Source: Laetmonice hystrix (lineage: Eukaryota). Taken from it: 64,000 nt of DNA. Below the pieces are notes generated by a model, which saw only the letters and a list, made by a program, of their open reading frames with translations, was not told where the DNA came from and ran no database searches. This document shows, in pieces, positions 48,315 through 61,223 of the stretch (its first letter is position 1; the number at the start of each line of letters is the position of its first letter). The translations under genes and the position numbers were made by a program. The DNA lies in assembly GCA_965235115.1 (NCBI GenBank), contig OZ249436.1, positions 65,596,001 through 65,660,000 on the forward strand. The letters are read 5' to 3'.

Positions 48315-51300
48315 CTCCCAGTGCGCCACGCAGGACATGGAAATGTACTTTGTCATGGAGGCGTGGGCGGCCAACATATGGATCTTGTCTTTCCCAGCCC
48401 CTGGCTTATGGAACCACAATGGACTCACAACACTCCAGAGCTAGGACAGATCGGGAACAATTCCTTGAAGGACTAGGGGGGGGGGGGGGGGTGAGGGGGT
48501 GTGGAGGCAACCGGAAGAAACTTTCCAATGACATGGAAGTGCAAAGGCAGAGGGCTGAGGAGGGAGGGCGGGTGGCTTCTTTAGTTTGTTGTATGTATTT
48601 CCAGTTGTTTGGGACCACACATGCGGTCGCTATACCAACAGGTTGGTGGAGATATATGAAGCCAGGCTGCAGGTACGTGCCAGGGTGTGGCCACGGGTTA
48701 CCGTCCTTATGTTCCTAGTGTACGCGGGTCCGAACTCATTGTGTCAACAGGTGGTTTGTGGCGGTCCCTCCCCCTCCCCCGAGCTGGCCCTACAGAGAGA
48801 CCTGCACAATAAGCCTGTGATACCACTCAGCTATCGAAACTTGAGTAGGTTGGGGGGGGGGGGGGGGACTCTCCGTTTCGACAATAGTTTTTGGAGTTAG
48901 GAGGTTCTTGAGGTGACCTTAATTATACTACCAACTTGGCCTATATTCCATCAAATCGACATTTCTGATAGCTTCACACTTTCTATCACAGGTTATTTTA
49001 ACCTTGCGCGTGCAGAAAATATCTGAGAGCATCTCTCACCTGAGCTATACAAGCCAAATAAACAAACCAAGCGAGCGCCTTCTACGTTCTCGACCACGAC
49101 GCAAGATGGTTTCCTACCCGTTGATTGGCCCACATGTGGTCCCCTGACCCGCTATCGTATTAATATTTTCCATCAACATGTGTGATTATGACCCTACAAG
49201 CGGCCAAGTTGTTTAGACTCCTAACAAAACGGAAACGATGCAAAATATATTGAATTACTATCCGGCACGTGCCCACGGCCACCGATCAAAGTCACGTGTT
49301 ATACACGCGGTAATCCGCGTTCCCCGCGAGATCGCCACGACCGTCCTGAGGGAAATGTTTGTCCACCGTACGACCATAAATCTGCAAGTTAGCCATTATA
49401 ATAAGTCTTACATCATTCCGTACAGAGCCTCCACTAATCTCATCAATAAAATATCCTCTTTCCACAAAGAAAGAAGAGCTTCGACTCCAATTTTGTTGGT
49501 CTTGGTTATTGTGAAACGTGAGAAGACACATCTCTCAGGGATGATACTCGTGCGAAATTGCCATATTATGTCAATAGTTCTTATGAACAACGGAACTCGG
49601 CTTTAGAGCCTGCATTCCGGTTCCGATGGCACGCTCATAGTGCCGTATTTTAGTTATCAATGAGTGACCCTTATATAGGATGGATGGCGCACTGGAGGGT
49701 CAATGTGTGTCTGTACATGAACCTTGTAGACATACCCAGCTTCATACACCGTGTATCACTAAATAAACAGATTGAGGAAGCATGTAGAGCTCCGGAAATA
49801 ATTCCATGGGTATTCTGTTAATCATGGCATTCCGGACCCCCCTCCTCCGAGTCACTTTTTCTTCATTACTAATTTCTGTCTTTCCTTTACTCCTATTGGA
49901 ACCCACATGTATACCCGCTTAGACTTTTTGTACATGCAGTATTAAATAGAGAACAAAATCCGGGTCTCTCCACCAACCCCATACTTGAGTTATCTGTGCT
50001 GTGCCCGAGTTGCACCGATCTCCATGGATAGAAACAGGGCAAAATTTCTGTACGGCACGAGTAGTTGAGGACTGACCTTTTCCAGAGGAAGCAACCCCTG
50101 AGGATTATCATACACCCTTAATGAGGATTCCCCAGGGGCGGGCCGTAGTTAGGCCAAGCAGATTTCATGGGAGGCAGGAGCATAATCCAATAGGCTCTAT
50201 TCAGAAATAATGATTGCCGAAAAACTCAAGAAAGGGCCTAAATATATTTTGGTGGTGGAGGTGGGAGGGGGGGGGGTAACATGTCACCCCTCTCTCGGCT
50301 ATACGGACACTGATAAAGGTATAGGCTAGCGGCCCGGGTTGGGAGTTGTGGGCCTACGTTTACCGATGGAGCTGGAAGCATTTAAACCTGCGAGATGTGG
50401 GCACCAGAGGCACCACGGGACCACCCCCTGCTGGGCCCTGAATTGGGGAGCGGCTGGTGGTCAGACGGGGCTGGCAAAGTGTACCTCCCTGTCCCGCCGG
50501 GACCTGCCAACCGTACGCCCCTTCTCAAAGTCCGCGTTACAGCATCATCAACGGGGCCAATCTAGTTGGTCCACCAAAAATGACAGGTTGTTTTCATCGA
50601 CATTCAGATGGAATTCGCAGAATTTTGATCTTGTTTAGATACCAACCAGAATGTAAGTATGTCCTCCAGCGGAACAACAAGTGGTTCCGGCCTCAGACTT
50701 CCGGTGGCAGGCCGGAGAACCCGCGTATGTTAGCAATCTACATGGAGGAATTATTTTGGTGACGTCCCTTTTCTAAGGGTTATTATTTAGACAAACCACA
50801 GAGACGGCGGCGTTCCATCTGCCTCTAACAATCCGACCTTGTTGGACTAAAATGCCCAAAGGATTCATATAAATAAGTCCGAAGATGTTTTGTTCGGTAC
50901 CGGCCAAGGTAGCAGAAAAACTTATTTACCGAACCCTGCCGAGGGCGCCTTTGGTATAATAGCGACGACTTCCCCCTGACTCGGCGGACCAAACAGAGAG
51001 TTGGAATAACAGCATTGAAACAACATTCGCAGTTGGGCTGTGAATGACTGAGAAAATAAACCAAACGGTCCTCGGTGCCAAGTTTGATTAATGGCCAGTC
51101 TACAACTCTGGCCACTTCTCGCGACGCTTCATGTATTTGCACACGTCGCCGTCAATGTCACGTGACCTTGAGATTAAACGCACCTCCATTAGAGCGTCGT
51201 AGGGCGCTTGGTAGCGACGTGGCTTGCACTGTGCCATGGAAATGACGTTGTCGTCAATTGACTATGATTCTTATCAGGCTTGTTAGTGACGGTCCACCCT

Positions 51301-53514
51301 CTTGTGGTGGACACGACAAACCTAGATTCGGTCAATGTCGACATCTGTTTCAAGATCAAAGGTTATTCTTGATGTGAGGAGGCCTACGCAGATTGTGCGC
51401 AATCAGTTGGTCATCACGCCAACCTAGTCAAATACTGGTCAATCATGGTATTTCAACATAAAGACCTATAGCAGAAAACAACGCCGGCCCAGAGAACAAA
51501 ACCACAGTCCATTAGGAATTTTACTGCTTATTCTAAAGATCTATCGCAGTTTAAGAATGATTGTAGTTTACGGCTAAGAATTATTATAGTTTACGACCAG
51601 TTCAATCGCCCAGCAATAGAGTGGTTTAAGCCATTTAATGTCACGGATATCTACTTCGTTTAAATTGTTTCTCTTTTTTTCAAAGTCAGTTCAGCAGTCC
51701 ATATCCAGAAATCCGAGACGGCCTCTCAGAGATATGGAATTGCCTATGAAATCAATGCCTCGAATCTCTACAAAATCCGTTAATGATGTTGTTTTCGCAT
51801 CCTAAGCCCTCTGTCACTGTCTACAAGGCAATCAGTACAGTCAATGGTTTTATATAGCACAGACGTGTAGTATTATGACGGTTGGGGTGCACAAAAAGGG
51901 ATTGGTTAGGCGAGAGGCATGGCACTCTAAACCCTCGTGATCACGTTCCCATGCATACCTGATTTGAGGCCATGCATTCATGGGGAACTTTGGGCCCTGC
52001 CAAGTTTCCAGAATGTCATAAAATGTCGACCCGATTCTTTCTTTACGGCTTCCCTAGACCGCATTTGCGCTGATACACAGACTACCAATAACCCATAATC
52101 TATTTTTTGTCTCTGGAAACAAAATTTTCATACGCCTTCTCCTGAATATCTTACTGCGAACCACGGTCTATCACCCTGTCATTTAATTTCGCGTCGAGAT
52201 ATGACAGGAAAAGGACAGTATTGTCTGAATAAATGTAAAGTCCATGAATGGAGCAGTTCCCTTCCCAAATAGTTCGTGATAATGGTTGATGCTATGAGCA
52301 GATATAAACGGGTCCAGCTCAAACTTACTAACATACGCGACCCGTTACAACAAAACGCATCCATGACAGAATATTTAGCTCCAGTGTTTATAAATAGCCT
52401 CATCGCGGATATTACAACAGACATGGCGTGGATGTTACTGGCAGAACACATGTCCCGGATTTCGAATCAAGTAAAAAAAGAAGATAATCTAGCTTATCTT
52501 CATTTTTCATTTCACGTTCAAGCAAACAACTGAAGACGATAATCAGGAAGAAGGACAACTACACATTGATTCAGCTTCCTATAACACGGTCTCACGGGTG
52601 CATTCATCATTTCGCTATAGTTTATTCCATACAACTAGGCTCAGCTATATCTTTTTCGGGGTATCCACACTGCTTAACTTATCTCGCCAATTTTCCCTTT
52701 CCTTTCGTAGCGGGGCGATCTCTGTGATGATGATTTTAAGCATCATTTTCGGATGCTGTCCAGGATATAAAAGTCGGTAAGGGAAAGAAACTGGGTTAGC
52801 TGTGAAATAGATTGCGACGTCTCTGATAGACGACATGACAAGGGCAAAGAGCTGCGTAAGTACAAAACGTGGCCCATCTCTGAATTCCGATTGATCATTT
52901 CGTAAGTTAAGTGAATGATTTAATTAATTATCCTCTCTGGGCACAGATGACATAAAATACGGTATACCGCCCCCTATAAGATGGATATAATAATGTGCCT
53001 CCTTCCTGCGCCTCCTTCCTGCTTTAAGCCAGTGAAATATGAAGTTTATAGTGTATTCTTTGTATCTGTACTGGTCAAATGTCGTGATCTAATCTGGTAG
53101 ACTGGAAGATGTACTCGGCATAGTTTGCGTGGATTATTGCTGTCTGGGTATAGTGAAGACTTTATCAGTCGGAGACTTTGCTACACGCTCCAATGTCCTA
53201 ACCCCTGATGAAACTGCTCGTGGCATTGATTCAGTAGTACTGTGATATCAATGATTATTCAGGGTAAAGGTGGTACGGGTTAGGTCCTCGCCTTCACTCA
53301 TCTTGGGTAACATTGCTCCTGGTAAACTGGATCTCGTCCAAGATCGCTGTCTTATCGTAGGAGGAGTTACAGTTAAGTCATTGGGATGGGATGAAATTAC
53401 TGACCACAATGTAGTAGTATTGTTTTCTCTTAAATCATTAACGGGCCCTAACTCCAGAAAGATGTAACATAAAAACGGCCCGACTCATTATTGCTTCATC
53501 CTCGTACACCATGA

Positions 53515-56500
53515 CTCATCATTCATTTGGAATATCATGCGAGTATAGGTAGTCATTATAAAGGTGTAAAATTTACGTTCTGGAATGTCCAAAGTGTAAT
53601 GAACAAAATTGATAGCATTAGACTATCTCTGGATGACTTAGATACTGACATACTTTGTTTACAAGAAACCTGGCTTAGAAGAGAAATTAATGATTCTCTC
53701 ATAGCTCTACCCAACTATGCAATCTACAGAAATGACAGGAAAGCATTAAATGGTACAAAAAAAGGTGGAGGTGTATGCACCTATGTAAGAAAGAAATGGT
53801 CCATAACGCCCATACATGACGACAGTATAAATATCTCGAGTGACGATATTGAGGTCTTAGTTCTCAAACTTAATCTTAAATTTACTAAACAAATTTTCAT
53901 TGTTAATATCTACCGGCCTCCTTCGGGAAGTATTCTAAACTTCTTTACACATCCGGAAGCTATTATAGATTCTCTTACCTCTACGGCAGATTGTGAGCTC
54001 TACCTAGGAGGTGACATAAACTTAGATTATCTGAAACTGGGACGGCATAGGAGGAAACTTACTCACTTTGAAAACAGATACAACTTAAGGCAATTGATTT
54101 CAGAGCCTACAAGATTAGGTAAAATTGACTCTCTCCTTGATCATATATATATAAACAAATACAATCTGGCCCATCAGCATGGTATCATTACAGTTAATTT
54201 AAGCGATCACCTGCCTGTGTACCTTATCCGAAAGAAAACAAAAAACAAATATGAAAAAATTGAATTTAGAGGCAGAAGTTATAGAAATTACTCGGCCGAA
54301 ATATTCTCTGATAAACTAAGTCAGTTAAACTGGGCCTGGGTTCACGAACAAGTAAATATTAATACTACTGTTAGTTACCTGAATAATGAGATAAATACCA
54401 TATTAAACGAAATAGCTCCGATGAAGACATTTAAATTCAGTAAAACGAAACCGTTATGGATGTCCAACGAGCTGATTGAATACATGAAAGACCGGGATCG
54501 TGCGATGACCAGAGCAAAGAAAACAAAAAATCTAGAAGACAAGAAAACGGCGGCCCTCTTGCGTAATTATTGTAATAGGCTAGTGAGAAATGCTAAGGCA
54601 ATGTTTCTTAGGGAGAAACTTGAGCAGAACAAAAGCAATCCTAGGAAATTTTGGTCCCAAATCAAGGAAGTTTTTAACCCCGTTAATGAGTCAAATAATC
54701 TCACCTTACGGGACGATGCCGATGAAATAATATCACCTGACTTATTACCTGACGCTATAAATAATTTCTTCAAGGATATTGGCCCAAACCTAGCTAATAA
54801 GCTTGAGAAGGGCAGTTCAACGCCGCTGACAAATATAATACCCCTTCTAACGCCACCTATATCATTAAAACATACCACACGACCTGAACTTCTAAAATTA
54901 ATTAGGGAGATTAAAGTTTACAAGGCATCAGGCGATCCTCAAATCTCATCACGAGTATGGAAAGATCTCCTAATGGACAGGGCTGATGATTACTTAGAAA
55001 TTCTGAATAGGTCGATCGACACAGCGACCTTTCCTGACTGTTGGAAAATGGCGACTGTCACTCCCCTTCCAAAAGTACCCAACCCGCAACATTTTTCTGA
55101 ATTACGTCCAATATCTATCCTTCCTTTACCTGGTAAGATCCTAGAACGTATCGTACACAACCAACTTTACAACTGTATTGAATCGAACAACCTCATAACA
55201 ACGGTCCAAAACGGCTTCAGGAAAAAACATAGTACCACAGATACAATCTTTAAATTTTTAAATAACGTCTATAATGATATGAATGAAAATCGTAGCGCAG
55301 CTGTAATCTATATCGACTTCGCCAAAGCTTTTGACACGGTGGATCACACTATCCTTCTTAGGAAGCTAAGACATAATTTTAGATTTACGGAAAGTACTGT
55401 AAATTGGATAGCTAGTTACTTAAGTAACAGAAAACAGAGAGTTCTTTTAAATGGGAAATACTCAGACTGGCAAAATATCCTTTGCGGAGTTCCGCAAGGA
55501 TCCATTTTGGGCCCCCTGATGTTTACCTGTTACACGAATGATATGAGTAGTGTACTACAATACTCCCAAATGTACCAATTTGCGGATGACACCGCCCTCT
55601 ACAGATCAGACGTTAACCAAGCTCGGAACATTCACCTATTACAATTAGACTTAAACAACCTCGTAAACTGGTGTAACAACAATAAACTAACAATTAATAT
55701 AAACAAAACAAAGATTACACATTTTGGCAAAGCAAAACAGCTAACCCCACACTCGGAAATATCAATAAATAACAGACAGCTACAGCTTGAAAGGACCTAT
55801 AAATACTTAGGGGTTACAATAGATGCAGAGTTAAAATTTACTGACCATATCAACGATATGATAAAAAAATTAACTTACAAAAACTATATTTTTAAACGTA
55901 CCAGATATTATATGAATGATTATACTGCGCTAATAGTCTTAAAAACAATGCTACTCCCACTAGTAGATCACGGTAACATGTTTACCACTAGCTGTAATGC
56001 CGAAGATCTACAACGATTGGTAGTTCAATATAATAATGCCATAAGAATTGCACTAGGAGTTAGAAGCCCCAGGGATATTAGTACAACGGATCTGTATATA
56101 GCTGCAAAGGTTCAAACATTAGAGACGAAAAGATCGTACAATTCCTTATGTTGTGTTTATCGTTTACTCAACCTGTCAGACTTAAGTCTGTCGATTACAA
56201 ATGCAGGAACAAGGGCACAACAAGGCCCTCTTACGAGGTTAGCTACACCCAAATCTACATGGTATCTTAAATCACCTATTTTTACCGCCTTGAGGGCATG
56301 GAATAACCTACCAGTTACAATCAGGGTTCAAGACGATTATTCTACATTCAAAAAGCTCTTAAAAACAGAGCTATATAAACAATTCTAATATGACATTTGC
56401 ACTGTATTATAGGTGCACCCCAGTGACGCATAGGTCAGGAGAACAAATTACTTGTATCCTAGGTTCTAACTATCATCCCATCTCATTATTTCACCCATAC

Positions 56501-56642
56501 ACTTGGTATCACCATTAGTTTATGAAAAGTTCCTTCTTTTTATAATAGTGTTGACTATTTCATGCCCAAATGTATTCCAAAACTGCTCCTAGTGGGAGAA
56601 CAAGCTGTAGGGCTTGAACTAGGCCCAGTATAAAAGGATCAA

Positions 56643-56671
<29 letters not shown>
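53515..56671 (+). mobile_element. Young CR1-group (L2/Crack/Daphne-like) LINE with intact ORF2, 3' UTR and poly(A)
   Basis: An uninterrupted frame runs 53515-56388, followed by a ~255-bp 3' UTR, AATAAA at 56641 and A28 (56644-56671). The 5' end is uncertain and may lie at 52933 if AATTATC is the TSD. Confidence 0.93.
53527..56388 (+). CDS. LINE ORF2: apurinic-like endonuclease plus reverse transcriptase
   Basis: APE motifs: WNVQS, LCLQETW, IYRPP, GDINLD, LLDHI, SDHLPV. RT motifs: WKMATVTPLPK, RPISILP, QNGFRKKHST, IDFAKAFDTVDH, GVPQGSILGP, FADD, YLGVTID. Confidence 0.95.
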   Translation: MEYHASIGSHYKGVKFTFWNVQSVMNKIDSIRLSLDDLDTDILCLQETWLRREINDSLIALPNYAIYRNDRKALNGTKKGGGVCTYVRKKWSITPIHDDSINISSDDIEVLVLKLNLKFTKQIFIVNIYRPPSGSILNFFTHPEAIIDSLTSTADCELYLGGDINLDYLKLGRHRRKLTHFENRYNLRQLISEPTRLGKIDSLLDHIYINKYNLAHQHGIITVNLSDHLPVYLIRKKTKNKYEKIEFRGRSYRNYSAEIFSDKLSQLNWAWVHEQVNINTTVSYLNNEINTILNEIAPMKTFKFSKTKPLWMSNELIEYMKDRDRAMTRAKKTKNLEDKKTAALLRNYCNRLVRNAKAMFLREKLEQNKSNPRKFWSQIKEVFNPVNESNNLTLRDDADEIISPDLLPDAINNFFKDIGPNLANKLEKGSSTPLTNIIPLLTPPISLKHTTRPELLKLIREIKVYKASGDPQISSRVWKDLLMDRADDYLEILNRSIDTATFPDCWKMATVTPLPKVPNPQHFSELRPISILPLPGKILERIVHNQLYNCIESNNLITTVQNGFRKKHSTTDTIFKFLNNVYNDMNENRSAAVIYIDFAKAFDTVDHTILLRKLRHNFRFTESTVNWIASYLSNRKQRVLLNGKYSDWQNILCGVPQGSILGPLMFTCYTNDMSSVLQYSQMYQFADDTALYRSDVNQARNIHLLQLDLNNLVNWCNNNKLTININKTKITHFGKAKQLTPHSEISINNRQLQLERTYKYLGVTIDAELKFTDHINDMIKKLTYKNYIFKRTRYYMNDYTALIVLKTMLLPLVDHGNMFTTSCNAEDLQRLVVQYNNAIRIALGVRSPRDISTTDLYIAAKVQTLETKRSYNSLCCVYRLLNLSDLSLSITNAGTRAQQGPLTRLATPKSTWYLKSPIFTALRAWNNLPVTIRVQDDYSTFKKLLKTELYKQF

Positions 56672-56673
<2 letters not shown>

Positions 56674-57369
56674 ATCTAAACGGTAGTGGTGCTAGCACAG
56701 AGTACCCTACATCTACCTATTCTGTGGTGCTAGTATATGTAGATATAGTACCCCTTGGCAGTTTGTAATAGGTTAATGTGGCCAAGTGGTTTCGGGAGGA
56801 CTGCATCAGCCGATAGAAAGAAGAGAAATAAGAGAGTTTCACTAAACGCTCTGTGATTGGCTAATAATCTAGGGACTTGTTTATCTCAGGCCACCACGAG
56901 GCACCCTGGGTGAAAACTCTCTTCTTGAAGGAGAGACCAACAGAATTCTCTCTTCGCCGAATCAAGAGGAGAAAACATGCGTGTCGAGCGGGTCGACTGC
57001 AGAGTCATCTGCGTGGTATAAATCTACTGGCTTCCTCTACAGTTCTCTCATTGACCCTCCCTAGTGCTCTACGATTGGGTCATCAAGAACTTGTTCAAGC
57101 ATCTCTTCTGCTGCTTGGCATATAAAAGTAGTCCTACCCTTACCATTGCACAATAAGAGCAGAGATTAAGTTCCAGTGACTGGTGGCTTTCTCACTTCAT
57201 TCTTATCATCATCTCTCCGATGGGTTTGAAAAGGAAAATACAAAAGAACTTGGTGAGGCACATGGGGTGTGGCGTTATGCGACGTATCTGTGGCATTTCT
57301 GTTTTACTCGTTGTCCCAATAAACCCAAGGTCAAGGTCATACTATACGACGCCATTACTATCATATACA

Positions 57370-57416
57370 ACCACCACCCCCACCACCACCACCACTACTA
57401 CTACTACCAGTACCAC
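57370..57416. repeat. (CAC)n/(TAC)n trinucleotide microsatellite
   Basis: Directly visible. Confidence 0.9.
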
Positions 57417-58504
57417 TCGTGAAGCTGGGACTGCCGTGATCGCTAGTTTATGGCCGTCATATTATAGGCCGGTAGACGATTATCAAGTGGCGCTCGAGCC
57501 GGGGTTCTCCGTGCTTGGCGAGGTAAGCCAGGTGCTCCACAGTACAAAGGTTCAATGGGATACAACAGTTAGGATAAAGGTGGTCCTAGCTCTGATTGGG
57601 CACCGGTAACGGTACTGTACTGCGTGGACACCGTAAAGCGCGCCAGAACAGGGGGAAAGGGGCAAAGGAACCTCAATTCCTATATGCTGACAGGATTCAA
57701 TACCTAAATGCCCAATGCCCCTTATTGGAAGCAGTATATTAATTGTAAAGGTAACTTTACACCATTGGAAACATTGAATCCCCTGTCTTGTGAACTACCT
57801 TTCCCAAAAATGCGACTTCTTCCGGCCTACCCTCAGTGGGGGCGCCGGACTTGCCCTTCCCTCCCTTTGAAAAGATGCCAGGCTGCCATGAAACAGTACC
57901 GAACTGTGGTAAAACAGCGACAATGGTATAATGCATCAGCATGCAGCATGTAGAGTACCGATACATAGGTCTACATTGACATCGTACTCAAGGACAGGAC
58001 CTAGTCAATGGTACTAAAATTGTATCGATTGTTTCAAATCCCACAGTTGCCATATATGGGGCACATTGATTCTCCCGTCAAAATGTAAACCATATGTCCA
58101 TATTAATTTCATAGAAATGCGACCGTCGGACTCCTGGGCTACCTTTCCGACGGGTCATTTGTCATCATTTTAAAATCTTAGAAACGGCTCAGATAATTCC
58201 ACGATCCAAATTATCCAGGATAATCTTTTTGTTCTAAAATGAATGGAACATTGAAATAGCACGTGGGTTTCGTGGTGGACGACTGTACTACAGGATGTTT
58301 GTATTAACTTAAGAAGCCAATGACATTGCTTTCCTGTGTTTCTTCCTGGGACCTCGCCTGGAGGTCTTTCTGCATGCTCTGGAGGTCCTACCCTTTTCCT
58401 GGGAGGGTCTGCCGTTTCCATGGAAGTCCTACCGCCGGTCTCTATACAGGACAATCCGTGCACTGAATGAATACAAAAACAGCCACATATATAATGATAC
58501 TCAC

Positions 58505-58704
58505 GACTCGTGCTGTCGGAGGAGGTTATCGAACTGGCTCATCTCCTCCATACAATGCTGATTGATAATTAACTCCATGTCTGGGCAGTGATCCTCCAGG
58601 ATAGGCGCCAGGCCCTTGTAGCGGTGCTTCCTGACCGGCCGTCCTCGTCCTGGACCCCGGTGAATCTTGGCCATATCCTCCTTGCCCGGCATCTTAGGGC
58701 GGTA
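58505..58704 (-). CDS. Candidate coding exon, unknown protein (YRPKMPGKEDMAKIHRGPGRGRPVRKHRYKGLAPILEDHCPDMELIINQHCMEEMSQFDNLLRQHE)
   Basis: The frame is open with G/C-ending codons, an acceptor CTTCAG| at 58705/58704 and a donor |GTGAGT at 58505/58504. The protein is not recognised. Confidence 0.3.
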
Positions 58705-61223
58705 CTGAAGTACTTACTGGTGGTGCCAGAAAAACACTTTGCTGTCCCAGGGCACTCAGTAGTTAGGCAATGGCCATGTTGTTCGCCGGAATAAGTTGCC
58801 TGGCCTGTATAGGCGTACAGTTCGGTTTAGAGACGGGGCCGTTAATGATGAGGGTAAAGCCGTGGTCTGGCCTGTACTTTGTCATAATGCATTATTGGCT
58901 CACACGTGGAGCCCACCACTTTCAATCCCTTTCTTCGAAAACAAATTTTTTCGTGTTTGTGTTCATGGCAGTTGTGTGGTCTAAAGCCCTATATATTTTG
59001 GTCAGCTCGATGGTGTAGGGCGCGGCGCCAGAAACCAGCTAGAGCCAGTACAGAGTTCTTTATGTCGATTAAAGAAAACTTATTCCTGGCTGCTTCATAA
59101 AAGGTACACCAACAATAAATCACCAAGTGGGGTATTATCACCCGTTGTAGAGTCGGAGGCACAAAAACGCAAGCAACCCTGGGTGGCCACCGACGGCCGG
59201 TGCTGGCTTCGACATGACGACCGACTCTGGTCCAAATGGACGATGGCGGGAAGAAAGTGCACACTTTCACCCGTCCGCTGGTCCAGCGTCTCCCGGTCAG
59301 TCTCCGGCTGGCGACTCTATCGGCATGATCGGGCTCCCGTTCAATGGCACTGACCGGCAATCAATGGCAGTTGGTCTGTGCATGCTGACTCCCAGAGCCA
59401 GTGGTGGCTTCCGTCCCTGTTCGTCCGTCAGTCCGTCACGCCGAGGTGACGGTCGCGCGCTGGTTTTCCTCCTGTCGTCTGCTGTAGACATACGTCAAGG
59501 CAGACGAACCACTTGACTTCAAATAACAAACGAAACCAGTGCGCGCATGATTTATCAATGAGGGAGGAGGGCAATCGTAGAACGGGGGGGGGGGGGGGCG
59601 CAGTCACCCACACGAGTCCATCTCGGCAATTAAATCGTTTGCTCATGTCGATGCCATCCCAACCCTCGCTCGGCACTACCCATCGCCCCCCTCCACACTC
59701 ACACGCAAACATAGCCCAGCGCGCACACATCCCTCCACAAACAACGAAATGATCTCGCCGTAATCAAATTAAGGATTAAGGAGTGGATAGGATATGGCGG
59801 GGGAAGCATAAGGAGGACAGATTAGGAGCGGATCATCCCATACCTAGGCTTACCTCACACAGACGCTGTCGGTGGCCAGGCTGAGTCCTGCAGACAATAA
59901 TCGAACTACGACGTTATCCTCCACGTCAGAATCCATGGTCCTCCTCTCAAACTGACCCTTCCGACCCAACCTGTACAGTCGGAATCCTGATTAAATCGGT
60001 AATAAGTCTCCTACTCCCCTAACAAAACAAGTACTCCGCTCTGCTTAAAGACCCTATGTGTAGGCACACGGGATGGATGCAGATATATAGTGAGGTGCAA
60101 TGAGAGTAGAGAGAATTTCTCAATCTGCCAAGTCGGGCTGACACTGTAGCGGTCGTCTGAGTGGTGTAACGGACACTGCGACTGGCGCCAGATGATTCAG
60201 GTACATTGTGGACGGCAGTGAGAGGTGTCAGAGCGTCTCCTGGACCTCACCTGTGGAGGCTGTACACACGTCTGTCAGACGCAGCCTCTCACGACCGCCC
60301 TGACCCCTTGTTGCTGCCTCATGCCGTTCCACACCTTGCCATTTGATAGTTGCTTATACACCAAGTGTTCCATGATCCGCGAAAGGCGGTACGTCGTGAT
60401 TCCAGGACCGCGAGAGAACCCCCCCCCCCCAACCGGTTCTGCGTACACATGAGTTGTACTTGAGGTACTCTCTCAGTAACATCTTTCGGAATCAAGGGTG
60501 AGATAAAAAAAAAAGTACGGGGAACGGGAGGGGTGGGCATGTACACTGGAGTAATAGTCGATAAGGGCCAAAACGTTCACCGGCCATGCACCAGCCCAAT
60601 GTATACAACTATGTATAGCAACCTTATCTGTTGACATTAACAACGTACATTTTCCCGCAGAGCAGTGTCCATTTATATACCTTCGATATGATAGCATACG
60701 ATGCAGTAAGATCAAAAGAGCTACCTTTTACACAACTTCCCGGCGCTGTCTTCTACATTATTTCGTGCACCCTTCACTCTCTGCGGGAACCCTTTCTCCG
60801 GCTTAGACACGTTGAGACTTAACGAGCCGAGCTTATCGAGATCGGAGAAGCATGAAATGAGAAGAGGAGGAGAAGGAGAGGACAGTGTGCCGATTATTTA
60901 CACCGGAAACGCCGGTTCTGTGAGCGGCGTCTCGGCCATGACCTGCCAGCGAGCGTCCTGCCAGACAAGGCGCCAATTGCCTTGCTTCGAGCCGCTGTCA
61001 TTCGCAATTGTGTTAGGGCCTTTCTTCAAGACGATAAGCGATATCGGTTGGCATTCATGTGCAAACAGGAAGAAATGAATACTTGCATCGTCCCAAAGAG
61101 GCCTAGATGATGTCCCACCGCGCTGGCACAACAAACAGCGGGGACTGAATTCAGAGGAATAGGATACTGTAGATACGGACTGAGATCCTATCTCTCCGCG
61201 GCCGTCCGCCCCGCCAGATCTCA

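Noticed and set aside
47148-48428. 426-aa ORF of 22-aa repeats as a protein-coding gene
   Set aside because: The 66-bp unit is divisible by 3 and has no stop in one frame. There is no recognisable domain and no credible start or flanking coding context.
53130-53210. 2A-like peptide upstream of LINE ORF2 (LLLSGYSED...)
   Set aside because: It lacks the DxExNPGP core and is separated from ORF2 by stops.
58705-58717. 13-nt GTAAGT...CAG mini-intron
   Set aside because: It is far below the spliceosomal minimum size, and removing it gives a less protein-like frame.
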